From an uncultured Clostridia bacterium (lineage in GTDB: Bacteria > Bacillota > Clostridia > Oscillospirales > CAG-272): a DNA stretch of 64,000 nt. How positions within the stretch are numbered: the first letter of the stretch is position 1; the number at the start of each line of letters is the position of its first letter. Shown one piece after another: positions 9,330 to 18,955 of the stretch. Location: contig CALXXF010000004.1 in NCBI GenBank assembly GCA_944392615.1, forward strand, positions 5,429 to 69,428. The letters run 5' to 3'. A program made the translations under genes and the position numbers. The notes under the pieces were generated by a model, which saw nothing but the letters and a program-made list of their open reading frames with translations, searched no databases and was not told the DNA's origin.

Positions 9330-10151
9330 ATGAATTTCAAAACAGGACTGCAGTTGTATTCTGTCAGGGATGAAATGGCAAAGGACATGGAAAAGACACT
9401 TGCCGCCGTAGCAGATATGGGATATGAGTATGTGGAGTTTGCCGGATATTACGGCAGAAGTTCAGAACAGCTGAGCGAGCTGCTCCGGAAATATTCACTC
9501 AAATGCATATCAGTCCATCAGTCTATAGATTTTTATGACAGAGACCCGGAATCCGCCATTGCTTTCCTGAAGGGATTCGGTGTCAGATATTCTGTTATTC
9601 CGTGGTATGACGGGAACAAGCTTGCCGACGATGACGCATGGAAAGCGACGGCAGCTGATTTCGCCCGTGTAAGCGCTCTGCTTGAGGCGCATGACATGAA
9701 GCTGATGTATCATAATCACGACTTCGAATTCAAGAAGAAAAACGGCGCCTACATACACGACCGTATAATCTCCGATGTACCCGGTATACTTCCCCAGCTC
9801 GATACCTGCTGGGTGCATTATGCGGGGATAGACCCGGTTGTCATGCTCGAAAAATACAGCGGCAGGGTACCGGTAGTCCATCTCAAGGATTTTGTATGCA
9901 GAAATCTCGCCGCAGGCCCGGTCTACGCTCTTATTGATTCTGAAGGCAATGCAAAGGGCGGCAGTCTTGAGGATACCGGATTTGACTATCGTCCCCTCGG
10001 ACAGGGTATACAGGATATTCCGGCAATACTCAGAGCGTGCGAGCGTGCCGGTACCGAATATATCATAGTCGAGCAGGACGAATCGAGCGATATGCCGACT
10101 CTCGATGCGGCTCGCATCAGCAGAGAATATCTCAGGTCACTGGGAGTCTGA
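9330..10151 (+). CDS. Sugar phosphate isomerase/epimerase (xylose isomerase-like TIM barrel)
   Basis: 273 aa with a family-typical layout (YVEFAGYY...YHNHDFEF...HLKD...VEQD). Confidence 0.8.
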   Translation: MNFKTGLQLYSVRDEMAKDMEKTLAAVADMGYEYVEFAGYYGRSSEQLSELLRKYSLKCISVHQSIDFYDRDPESAIAFLKGFGVRYSVIPWYDGNKLADDDAWKATAADFARVSALLEAHDMKLMYHNHDFEFKKKNGAYIHDRIISDVPGILPQLDTCWVHYAGIDPVVMLEKYSGRVPVVHLKDFVCRNLAAGPVYALIDSEGNAKGGSLEDTGFDYRPLGQGIQDIPAILRACERAGTEYIIVEQDESSDMPTLDAARISREYLRSLGV

Positions 10152-10237
10152 AAATCGCTTACAGTGCCGCCCCGCTGATGTCAGGATTTTTACCGCGGGG
10201 CGGCTCAGTTCTTATTAAAGAAGGAAGGATCTTTACA

Positions 10238-11203
10238 ATGAAACTTGGTGTTATGAACCCGATACTTTCGGATATGCCGTTTGAAAAGGCACTCGATTAC
10301 CTGGCTGGTATCGGTGTGCAGACTATAGAAATCGGTGCCGGAGGATATCCGGGAAATTCACATCTGCATTCCGAAGAACTTATAGGAAATCCTGAGGCAA
10401 TAAAGAAGTACAAAAACGCTCTGGCATGCAGGGGGCTTGAGATATCTGCCATAAGCTGTCACGGAAATCCGCTGCACCCGCAGAAGGCGGTGGCTGACAG
10501 TTTTGATTCCCAGTTCAGAAAAGCTCTTGAAGTCGCCTCTGAGCTTGGAGTCGATACAGTCATAGGTTTTTCAGGCTGCCCCGGCGACTGCGATAATTCG
10601 CTTTATCCGAACTGGATAGTGTGCCCGTGGCCAGGCGATAACCTCACCGTCCTGAATTGGCAGTGGAACGAGAAGATAATACCTTACTGGACAAAAACGG
10701 CTGAGTATGCAAAAAGTCTGGGAATATCCAGGATTGCTTTTGAAATGCACCCGTCATTTGCAGTATACAATCCGGAGACTCTGTTGAAGCTCAGGCTGGC
10801 TGTCGGAGATATAATTGGCGCGAATTTTGACCCGTCACATCTGTTCTGGCAGGGAATAGAGCCTGCCGCCGCAATTTCAGCCCTGCGCGGAGCCATATAC
10901 CACTTCCACGCCAAGGACACTGCCATAAACAAGTACAACACCGCAGTAAATGGCGTCCTCGATACAAAGAGCTACGGAGATATAGCCGGCAGGTCGTGGG
11001 TGTTCCGGACAGTAGGATACGGACACGGGCGTGAAGAATGGACGGGTATAATAAGCGCGCTTAAACTTGCCGGATATGACGGCGCGCTTTCCATTGAGCA
11101 CGAGGACGGTCTTATGACGCCGAGAGAGGGTCTTGAAAAGGCAGTCGCATTTTTAAAAGAGCTTATAATATTTGATGAAGGCGGAGCCTCAGGCTGGTTC
11201 TGA
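10238..11203 (+). CDS. Second xylose isomerase-like TIM-barrel protein (sugar phosphate isomerase/epimerase family)
   Basis: 321 aa from the ATG at 10238, which follows GAAGGAAGGA. Motifs FEMHP...FDPSHLFWQG...HAKD...SIEHED. The longer track ORF starting at 10037 overlaps the previous gene and is unlikely. Confidence 0.8.
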   Translation: MKLGVMNPILSDMPFEKALDYLAGIGVQTIEIGAGGYPGNSHLHSEELIGNPEAIKKYKNALACRGLEISAISCHGNPLHPQKAVADSFDSQFRKALEVASELGVDTVIGFSGCPGDCDNSLYPNWIVCPWPGDNLTVLNWQWNEKIIPYWTKTAEYAKSLGISRIAFEMHPSFAVYNPETLLKLRLAVGDIIGANFDPSHLFWQGIEPAAAISALRGAIYHFHAKDTAINKYNTAVNGVLDTKSYGDIAGRSWVFRTVGYGHGREEWTGIISALKLAGYDGALSIEHEDGLMTPREGLEKAVAFLKELIIFDEGGASGWF

Positions 11204-11260
11204 TATGACATATACAAACCGTTTTGACGTCCTTCATTATATAATTGTGGATTTTATGCA

Positions 11261-11304
11261 AAGCACACCGCGCTGTTAGGATACAGCGCGGCGTGCTTGT
11301 TTTA
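11261..11304 (+). terminator. Rho-independent terminator of the oxidoreductase/TIM-barrel operon
   Basis: A hairpin of about 14 bp, GCACACCGCGCTGT/ACAGCGCGGCGTGC, followed by TTGTTTTA. Confidence 0.7.
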
Positions 11305-11364
11305 TAATAGTGGCATGCCTGCTTGAAAAATGTCATTCCAGTCTGCCATAATTTGTGAAATATG

Positions 11365-11393
11365 TTGACAAAAATGCAGGTGTGTGATATACT
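11365..11393 (+). promoter_or_regulatory. Sigma-A-type promoter of the MarR gene
   Basis: TTGACA (11365-11370), a 17-bp spacer, then TATACT (11388-11393), with TG at 11385-11386 giving an extended -10. Confidence 0.6.
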
Positions 11394-11402
11394 TAAAAAG
11401 GC

Positions 11403-11422
11403 GTTGTTGACGCGTCAACAAC
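11403..11422. promoter_or_regulatory. Perfect 20-bp palindrome, probable MarR operator
   Basis: GTTGTTGACGCGTCAACAAC is its own reverse complement. It starts about 10 bp after the -10 box and lies 29 bp before the MarR start codon. Confidence 0.6.
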
Positions 11423-11450
11423 ACAAGAAGACCGGAGGAGAGAACCTGAA

Positions 11451-11903
11451 ATGCTTATAGACAGATACGCAATTTTCAGGGTTTACGTCGAAAGTCTGTC
11501 AAAGAATCTTCAGAAATATGAAAACAAAGTAATGTCTGAAATGGGAATGCGCGGCATACATGCGCTCTGCCTCTTCCATCTCGGAAAAAGCAGAGAGGGG
11601 CTTACTGCCACTCAGCTTGCCACCCTGTGCCATGTGGATAAGGCGCTCATTTCAAGGACGGTTTCCGAGCTTTCCGAGTACGGCGATGTAGTGAGGGATA
11701 TGTCCGGAAAGGGAAAATACAGGAGCAGAATACAGCTCACTCTGAAGGGCAGGCAATGCCTGAGGAAGGTGACTCTCGAAATATGCAATTCGATACGGCA
11801 GATGAAGGACGAGATAACAAGCGAGGAGCTTGAGACCTTCTATAAGGTGCTTGTGACTCTTGACCGGTATTTGAGTGACGGCAGGGATACAAGAGGCACA
11901 TAG
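11451..11903 (+). CDS. MarR-family transcriptional regulator
   Basis: 150 aa with a winged-HTH core (LTATQLATLCHVDKALISRTVSELSEYGDVVR). GGAGGAG RBS. Confidence 0.85.
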   Translation: MLIDRYAIFRVYVESLSKNLQKYENKVMSEMGMRGIHALCLFHLGKSREGLTATQLATLCHVDKALISRTVSELSEYGDVVRDMSGKGKYRSRIQLTLKGRQCLRKVTLEICNSIRQMKDEITSEELETFYKVLVTLDRYLSDGRDTRGT

Positions 11904-12088
11904 ATGTTACCTGAACGTAAATCCGGGACGCCGCTTTCAGGCTCCAGACGGCGATACCTACAAAGCGGCGGCTGTTCTTAAATTCAGTGCAGGGTAAGTA
12001 TGAATACAACTGATGCCGATTGAAAATCAAATGAAACTGTATACAGACTGTATACTTTAAGAAAAAGCATATAAGAAGGTATATCGCT

Positions 12089-13117
12089 ATGTCTATGAAT
12101 TTTATCACAAAACTTCCGATACCGCAGGAAACAAAAGAAAAATATCCCGTAACGCCTGCCGCCATGAAGGCGAAGGAGGACAGAGACGGGCAGATAGCTG
12201 AAATATTTACCGGCAAAGACAGCAGAATGGTGCTTATAATCGGACCCTGTTCGGCAGATAACGAGGAGTCGGTCATAGATTATGCCAACAGGCTTGCAGG
12301 AGTACAGGAAAAGGTAAAGGATAAGCTTCTCCTGATACCCAGAGTATATACGAACAAGCCCCGCACGACCGGAGACGGCTACAAGGGAATGCTGCATCAG
12401 CCGAATCCCGAAGACAAGCCGGACCTTTACAAGGGCGTGCTCGCGATAAGGGAGCTTCATACAAGGGTACTTACTGAGACAGGGCTTTCAACAGCTGACG
12501 AAATGCTGTATCCGACAAATTACCGGTATCTCTCCGATCTTCTCTCATATGTGGCGGTCGGAGCGCGCTCAGTTGAGAATCAGGAGCACAGGCTGGTGTC
12601 GAGCGGAATTGAGGTTCCTGTAGGAATGAAGAATCCCACAGGAGGAGATCTCTCCGTTATGATAAATTCCATAACCGCAGCTCAGCACTCGCATAGCTTT
12701 ATTTACAGGGGATGGGAAGTCAGGACAACAGGAAACAGTATGGCCCATGCTATACTCAGGGGATATGTGAACAAGCACGGACAGAGTCTGCCCAACTACC
12801 ATTACGAAGACCTTGAAATGCTCTACTCCATGTACTCGGCGGCTGGGCTTGAGAACATGGCTCTTATAGTCGATACCAACCATGCAAACTCAGGCAAAAA
12901 ATATCTTGAGCAGAGCAGAATATGCAAGGAAGTTTTACATTCCTGCCGTCACAATGACGACATACGCAGGATGGTAAAGGGATTTATGATTGAGAGCTAT
13001 ATAGAGGACGGTCAGCAGAAAATCGGACAGGGAATATATGGCAAATCAATAACCGACCCATGTCTTGGATGGGAAAAGTCTGAAAGACTTATATACGAGA
13101 TAGCAGACACGCTGTGA
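12089..13117 (+). CDS. 3-deoxy-7-phosphoheptulonate (DAHP) synthase, class I-alpha (AroF/G/H-like)
   Basis: Collinear by eye with E. coli AroG: IIGPCS, KPRTT.G.KG, GARS.E.Q.HR, VGMKN, D..HANS, GKSITD.C.GWE. Confidence 0.9.
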   Translation: MSMNFITKLPIPQETKEKYPVTPAAMKAKEDRDGQIAEIFTGKDSRMVLIIGPCSADNEESVIDYANRLAGVQEKVKDKLLLIPRVYTNKPRTTGDGYKGMLHQPNPEDKPDLYKGVLAIRELHTRVLTETGLSTADEMLYPTNYRYLSDLLSYVAVGARSVENQEHRLVSSGIEVPVGMKNPTGGDLSVMINSITAAQHSHSFIYRGWEVRTTGNSMAHAILRGYVNKHGQSLPNYHYEDLEMLYSMYSAAGLENMALIVDTNHANSGKKYLEQSRICKEVLHSCRHNDDIRRMVKGFMIESYIEDGQQKIGQGIYGKSITDPCLGWEKSERLIYEIADTL

Positions 13118-13177
13118 ATTTCGGCAATGCCGCAGAAAAGACGTTGTGAACGCAGTATATGAGGAGGGCATATAACC

Positions 13178-14041
13178 GTGAACGAATATGTTATAATGAC
13201 CGATACTTCTTGCGATATCAAAAGTGATATGGCTCAGGAGTATGGTCTTGAGATGATGAAGCTCGGCTCAGAGCTGGACGGAAAGCCGTTTGATGCGCAG
13301 ACTTCCGAGGATATAAAGCTGTTTTACCGCGGGCTGCGTGAAAAAAAGGACAGCAAGACCTACGCCGCAAACGCGGACATGTTCTTGAACGCTTTCAAAA
13401 GGATACTTAAGCAGGGAAAGGATATTCTCTACCTTGCCTTCTCGTCGGCACTTTCAGGCACCTATAACGCCGCGGTTGTCGCGTCGCATGAGCTGTCTGA
13501 GGAATATCCCGAAAGAAAGATATACGTTTTCGATACAAAATGTGCCTCATACGGAGAGGGACTTCTCGTGTATCTGGCGGCTCTTAAAAAGGAGGCCGGC
13601 GCTTCAATAGACGAGGTGTTTGCGTACGTGGAGGAGATAAGACCTCACCTCTGCCACTGGTTCACAGTTGACGACCTCTTCTTTCTGAAAAGAGGCGGAA
13701 GGGTGTCCGCCGCAACCGCTGTCGTGGGTTCAATGCTCTCGATAAAGCCTGTTTTGCATGTCGATGACGAAGGCCGTCTTATAAATGTTGGAAAGGCGCG
13801 CGGACGCAGAAATGCTATAAATGAGCTTTTCCAGCATATGAAAAATACAGCGATAGCTCCGTCGGAGCAAACGGTGTTCATAAGTCACGGAGACTGTATA
13901 GAAGATGCGGAGCTTCTTGCAGAAATGATACGCAAGGAGTTTTCACCCAAAGAAATAAAAATATCGGAAATCGGGCCGGTTATAGGCGCGCATTCAGGTC
14001 CGGGGACCCTGGCACTTTTCTTTCTGGGAACAGAGCGATAA
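13178..14041 (+). CDS. DegV-family fatty-acid-binding protein
   Basis: 287 aa. N-terminal TDTSCDI, and family-typical SSALSGTYN and GPVIGAHSGPG motifs. Confidence 0.85.
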   Translation: MNEYVIMTDTSCDIKSDMAQEYGLEMMKLGSELDGKPFDAQTSEDIKLFYRGLREKKDSKTYAANADMFLNAFKRILKQGKDILYLAFSSALSGTYNAAVVASHELSEEYPERKIYVFDTKCASYGEGLLVYLAALKKEAGASIDEVFAYVEEIRPHLCHWFTVDDLFFLKRGGRVSAATAVVGSMLSIKPVLHVDDEGRLINVGKARGRRNAINELFQHMKNTAIAPSEQTVFISHGDCIEDAELLAEMIRKEFSPKEIKISEIGPVIGAHSGPGTLALFFLGTER

Positions 14042-14100
14042 TGAACGAAAGGACGTTATACCGCGCAGCATGACTGTACGGTAATACGGTATCATTCAGT

Positions 14101-15744
14101 ATGAAAGTAAACGGAAAGCTCTTTTATAACATGATGATCTCCGCCGCCAACGCGCTTGATAATAACAAGACGGCTATCAATAACCTGAACGTCTTTCCCG
14201 TTCCTGACGGAGATACCGGAATCAATATGAGCCTGACTATGAGCACTGTCAAGGAACTCAAGGGCTACGACGGCTCGATATCAGACTGTGCCTATAAGAT
14301 AGCCGATATGATATTGAGAAGTGCGCGCGGAAATTCCGGAGCCATATTGTCTCTTTTCTTCAGAGGCATGGCAAAATCTCTGAATTCACTTGAAGAAGCA
14401 GATTCGGCAGATATAGCCAGGGCACTCGAGAACGGTACCAAAGAGGCATACAAGGCGGTTATGCAGCCGACAGAGGGAACAATACTCACGGTTATGAGGC
14501 GCTGTGCCGAAGAGGCTGTGGAAGTCACAAAGACAAGTTATTCAGGAGATGTCATAGGGCTTTTCACATATCTCGTAGCGGTTGCTGAAAGCGAGCTTGC
14601 GAGAACGCAGGAACTCCTTCCCGTGCTGAAGCAGGCAAACGTGGTGGATGCCGGTGGATACGGCTTTGTCACGGTGCTCAAGGGAATGCTCTCTCTTCTG
14701 AATAACAAGCCGGTTGAGGCGCTTAATCCCGTTGACACAGAGGAAGAAGTCAAGGGCGCCGATTTTTCGATGTTCAGTACCGAGGATGTCAAATTTGCAT
14801 ACTGCACTGAGTGCATTGTAGAAAAGGATGACTTTCATCTCGGCGAGTCCTCCGCCTCGGATCTTTATAATTTTATATGTCAGATAGGCGACAGCGCGGT
14901 ATTTATAGACGACGAAAAAATAATAAAGCTCCATGTACACACAAATAATCCCGGAGCTGTCCTCGAAAAGGCGATTGTCTACGGCTCTCTGTCAAAGATA
15001 AAGATTGAGAATATGCGTTTACAGCATTCAGAAAAGATTTTTGACGAACAGAAAGTCAAAGAATCCAATATGAAACGCCCGCCGGTAAAGGATTACGGGT
15101 TTGTCGCTGTATGCATGGGCAGCGGAATAAACGATACGTTCAGGGACCTCGGAGTTGACAACATTGTTTATGGCGGACAGACCATGAATCCGAGCACGCA
15201 GGATATTATAAACGCTGTAAACATGACTGCTGGAAGAGTGGTTTTCGTATTCCCGAACAATAAAAACATATATCTTGTGGCAAAGCAGGCAGCTGAGCTT
15301 GTGACGGATAAAAGAGTTGTGGTCCTGCCAACCAGGAACATACCTCAGGGTATAGCGGCGCTACTTTCTTTTGACGAAAGCGCGAATGCAGAAAAGAACA
15401 TCGCCAGCATGGAGGCGGCGATATCCAGAGTCACCTGCTTTTCTACTACCAAAGCTGTGAGGGACTCTGCGGTAGAGGGGCTTGACATAAGAGAGGGAAG
15501 TGTACTCGGTCTTGTAAACGAAAAAATAAACTGTGTTGCCCCTACTACAGTTGAGTGCATAGATAAGATGACGAAGGAAATGAAACAGTTTTCTTACGTG
15601 ACCATATTTTACGGGCAGGATGCAGACAGTAATGATGTAGACAAGGTCTATTCGATGCTTAACGGACGGCTTGCTGACGATGCCGATATCGTCCTTATTG
15701 ACGGCGGCCAGCCCGTTTACGATTTTGTTATATCTTTTGAATGA
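14101..15744 (+). CDS. DAK2-domain fusion protein (YloV family)
   Basis: 547 aa. The N-terminal Dak2 region (LNVFPVPDGDTGINM) is typical of YloV, and the gene is adjacent to a DegV gene. Confidence 0.85.
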   Translation: MKVNGKLFYNMMISAANALDNNKTAINNLNVFPVPDGDTGINMSLTMSTVKELKGYDGSISDCAYKIADMILRSARGNSGAILSLFFRGMAKSLNSLEEADSADIARALENGTKEAYKAVMQPTEGTILTVMRRCAEEAVEVTKTSYSGDVIGLFTYLVAVAESELARTQELLPVLKQANVVDAGGYGFVTVLKGMLSLLNNKPVEALNPVDTEEEVKGADFSMFSTEDVKFAYCTECIVEKDDFHLGESSASDLYNFICQIGDSAVFIDDEKIIKLHVHTNNPGAVLEKAIVYGSLSKIKIENMRLQHSEKIFDEQKVKESNMKRPPVKDYGFVAVCMGSGINDTFRDLGVDNIVYGGQTMNPSTQDIINAVNMTAGRVVFVFPNNKNIYLVAKQAAELVTDKRVVVLPTRNIPQGIAALLSFDESANAEKNIASMEAAISRVTCFSTTKAVRDSAVEGLDIREGSVLGLVNEKINCVAPTTVECIDKMTKEMKQFSYVTIFYGQDADSNDVDKVYSMLNGRLADDADIVLIDGGQPVYDFVISFE

Positions 15745-15802
15745 CGGGATTGTCAGCTGCCGGAGGGCGTTCTTAACTTTGCAGTTCTGCACGGAGGACG
15801 GC

Positions 15803-15943
15803 ATGGATGCAGGTCCCGCTCGGCGAACGGACGCTGGAAAGCGGGTTATATATATGCTGATAGCAGACTTTGCAAGACTCGCAGGACGCGGGGTGACCGA
15901 CGTGCTGCTGACAATGCGTTCATATTACAACATGCAGAAATAA
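15803..15943 (+). CDS. Candidate 46-aa small ORF (MDAGPARRTDAGKRVIYMLIADFARLAGRGVTDVLLTMRSYYNMQK)
   Basis: GGAGG (15793-15797) lies 5 nt before the ATG. The stop is 15 nt before a strong terminator. I recognise no family. Confidence 0.25.
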   Translation: MDAGPARRTDAGKRVIYMLIADFARLAGRGVTDVLLTMRSYYNMQK

Positions 15944-15957
15944 TATGTTATAAATGA

Positions 15958-15991
15958 AAAGGAGCCGGAGGTCACCCTCCGGCTCCTTTTA
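15958..15991. terminator. Bidirectional rho-independent terminator (yloV side / alaS side)
   Basis: AAAAGGAGCCGGAGG-TCAC-CCTCCGGCTCCTTTT forms a perfect 15-bp stem with an A-run on one side and a T-run on the other. Confidence 0.85.
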
Positions 15992-16157
15992 CTTTTACAT
16001 AAATGGAGTCAACGCGTCCGGCTTTTACATAATCGCAGTCGTTCCTCCGCCTGCTTTTGTGTCTGCAATCGTGACGCTTGGATTTTCTTTTGTTTTTTCA
16101 TTGCCCGGCAGCACGCTATGCCACAACCGCAAGGGTTACGAAAATGTCGGATACATG

Positions 16158-18788
16158 TCAGACAGATTCGGCTACAATCTTTTCTGCGAGCTTCATTGCA
16201 TCGGGGATTTTTGAGAGGTCGTTTCCTCCGGCAGTAGCGCAGTCGGGGCGTCCTCCGCCCTTTCCTCCGCAAACTGCGGCAATTTCCTTCACAAGTTTAC
16301 CGGCAAGCAAGCCCTTGTCCACAGCTTTTTTTCCGCAGGAAACAATGAAATTGAGCCTGCCATCGTTTACAAGGGAAAATACTGCTATTGTGTCAGGAGA
16401 TTCAGCTCTTTTGGAATCGCACACAGAGCGCAGGGCATCCTGAGGTATATTCTCCAATGAAGCAGTTACAAGCCTTAAATCACCCACCTGCACCGCGTCG
16501 GCAAATGCTCCTGAGAGCTTGGAAACAGTAAGGCTTTGCTGGAGTTTTGCAACCTCTCCGTGAGCTTCTTTTATTTCATTCATTACCGATGAAGCTCTTT
16601 TGACAAGGTCTGACGTGTTTGCGAGCTTGAGTTCCTTCGCCGTACTCTCAATCAGCTCATCCTTCTCGTCAAGCAGTGCTATGACATTGAGACCGGTTAC
16701 CGCCTCTATTCTCCTGACTCCGGCAGCTACGGAAGACTCAGAGACTATCTTGAAAAGTCCTGCCTTTGCCGTGTTGTCTATATGAGTGCCGCCGCAGAGC
16801 TCGCATGAATCATCACCCATTTTCACAACTCTTACGGTTTTCCCGTATTTCTCCCCGAAGAGAGCGAGGGCTCCGTATGCCGCGGCTCCATCCTTGTCGG
16901 TTATTATCGTTTCTACTGTGCTTCCTTTAAGTATATAGCTGTTTACAAGCTCTTCTGTCTTTCTTATTTCCTCAGGGGTCATTGCGGCAAAATGCTTGAA
17001 GTCAAAGCGGAGTCTGTGCTCATCCACATAGGAGCCGGCCTGCTCCACATGTGTTCCGAGTACTTTGCGAAGCGCCGCCTGAAGGAGATGGCATGAAGAG
17101 TGGTTGCGCTTTATGGCAGCTCGCCTTTCTCCGTTTATTACGGCGGTTACCGTATCGTTTATCTTTATAGAAAAATCGCTTCCGGAGCAGAGATGGATGT
17201 ACACGCCGTCAGCCTTTTTTGTTTCGACGACATCTATTTTTCTTCCGTCCTCGCAGACGATGGTTCCGGTATCTCCCACCTGTCCGCCGCCTTCGCCATA
17301 GAAAACGGTCCTGTCGAGAATCAGTGAAAACTCTCCCTCTGTCACCATTTCCGCCTCCTCGTCGTCAACTATTATGCCGATGACGCGGGCTTTGCAGCTT
17401 TCTTTTTCATAGCCCTCGAAACAGGTTTTATCAAAGTCAGACAAGAGCGACTTTGATGCCTCGCTCCAGCCGCTTATGTTGGCGCGCGCCGCTCTTGCAC
17501 GCTGCCTTTGCTCGTTCATAAGGACTGAAAATCTGTCCTCATCTATGCTGAGTCCGCTTTCGGCGGCTATCTCTCTGGTGAGGTCGATCGGGAATCCGTA
17601 AGTGTCGTAAAGCTTGAAGGCATCGTCCCCGTTTATAACCGAGCTGCCCATCTCTTTGGCGGTTTTCACAATTTCAGAAAGGATATCGCTTCCCTGGTCT
17701 ATTGTGGATGCGAAGCGTCTTTCCTCTATGTTTATTATTTTTTGTATATAGTTCAGCTTTTCGGTGAGTTCCGGGTATTCGGAATAGTTTTCAGAGGCGA
17801 CGACTGCGGCTATATCAGAAAGGAAAAGGTCCTTTATTCCAAGCATTCTTCCGTGACGCGCCGCCCTTCTGAGCAGTCTTCTGAGGACATAACCGCGGCC
17901 TTCGTTCGACGGGACTACGCCGTCGCAGACGAGAAATGTCGCTCCCCTTATATGGTCGGTGACGACGCGCAGCGAAACATCGCTTTTTTCGTCATCCCCG
18001 TATTTTATGCCCGCTTTCTCCGTGACCGCAGCCATTATATTGCGCACTGTGTCGGTTTCAAAAAGGTTGTTTACGCCCTGCATTATGCAGGCAAGTCTTT
18101 CAAGTCCCATTCCGGTGTCGATATTCGGCTTTGCAAGGCGGGTGTAATTGTTATGACCGTCGTTGTTGAACTGCGTGAATACGAGATTCCAGAACTCCAT
18201 GTATCTGTCGCAGTCACAGCCGGGCTTGCAGTCCGGTTTTCCGCAGCCGAATTTCTCACCGCGGTCGAAATGTATTTCAGAGCACGGACCGCAGGGACCG
18301 GAGCCGTGTTCCCAGAAATTGTCCTCTTTTCCGAGCCTGACGATGCGCTCTGCAGGCACTCCGATTTCATCGTGCCAGATGTTGTACGCCTCGTCATCCT
18401 CAAGATATACCGTGACCCAAAGCTTGTCCTCAGGCAATTCTATTACCTTTGTGCAAAATTCCCACGCCCAGGTTATAGCTTCTCTTTTGAAATAGTCACC
18501 GAAGGAAAAATTTCCGAGCATTTCAAAATATGTCCCGTGTCTTGCCGTGAGTCCGACGCGGTCTATATCAGGTGTACGTATACACTTCTGGCACGTTGTC
18601 ATTCTGTGCCGCGGAGGCTCCTCCTCACCGGTGAAATATTTCTTGAGCGGCGTCATACCGGCGTTTATGAGAAGTATAGATTTGTCGTTTATCGGAACGA
18701 GAGGGAAGCTCTTGTGCCGCAATGAGCCCTTGGATTCAAAAAAACTGAGGTATTTTTCTCTCAAATCATTTGTAGATGTCCATTTCAT
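16158..18788 (-). CDS. alaS: Alanine--tRNA ligase
   Basis: 876 aa. Class II aaRS core, the editing-domain motif HSSCHLLQAALR, and a C-terminal DHHA1 region. Confidence 0.95.
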   Translation of the reverse strand: MKWTSTNDLREKYLSFFESKGSLRHKSFPLVPINDKSILLINAGMTPLKKYFTGEEEPPRHRMTTCQKCIRTPDIDRVGLTARHGTYFEMLGNFSFGDYFKREAITWAWEFCTKVIELPEDKLWVTVYLEDDEAYNIWHDEIGVPAERIVRLGKEDNFWEHGSGPCGPCSEIHFDRGEKFGCGKPDCKPGCDCDRYMEFWNLVFTQFNNDGHNNYTRLAKPNIDTGMGLERLACIMQGVNNLFETDTVRNIMAAVTEKAGIKYGDDEKSDVSLRVVTDHIRGATFLVCDGVVPSNEGRGYVLRRLLRRAARHGRMLGIKDLFLSDIAAVVASENYSEYPELTEKLNYIQKIINIEERRFASTIDQGSDILSEIVKTAKEMGSSVINGDDAFKLYDTYGFPIDLTREIAAESGLSIDEDRFSVLMNEQRQRARAARANISGWSEASKSLLSDFDKTCFEGYEKESCKARVIGIIVDDEEAEMVTEGEFSLILDRTVFYGEGGGQVGDTGTIVCEDGRKIDVVETKKADGVYIHLCSGSDFSIKINDTVTAVINGERRAAIKRNHSSCHLLQAALRKVLGTHVEQAGSYVDEHRLRFDFKHFAAMTPEEIRKTEELVNSYILKGSTVETIITDKDGAAAYGALALFGEKYGKTVRVVKMGDDSCELCGGTHIDNTAKAGLFKIVSESSVAAGVRRIEAVTGLNVIALLDEKDELIESTAKELKLANTSDLVKRASSVMNEIKEAHGEVAKLQQSLTVSKLSGAFADAVQVGDLRLVTASLENIPQDALRSVCDSKRAESPDTIAVFSLVNDGRLNFIVSCGKKAVDKGLLAGKLVKEIAAVCGGKGGGRPDCATAGGNDLSKIPDAMKLAEKIVAESV

Positions 18789-18955
18789 GTCGTTACCGTA
18801 CCTTACCTGTATAATATACTCTGTATTTTATTGATTTTGTCCTGAAAGGCGGAAAGGCTTTTCCTTCATCAACCGGCGTCAATACAGGGACAATGTCATA
18901 CCGCCTGCTTTTCCGTTTGAGCGACTGAAGCGCTTTTGAATCGCTGCCCGTATCC

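Noticed and set aside
18789-18955. T-box leader upstream of alaS
   Set aside because: There is no AGAGA/AGUA stem I, no GGTGGTACC-type T-box sequence and no terminator. The 167-nt gap is ordinary promoter/RBS space.
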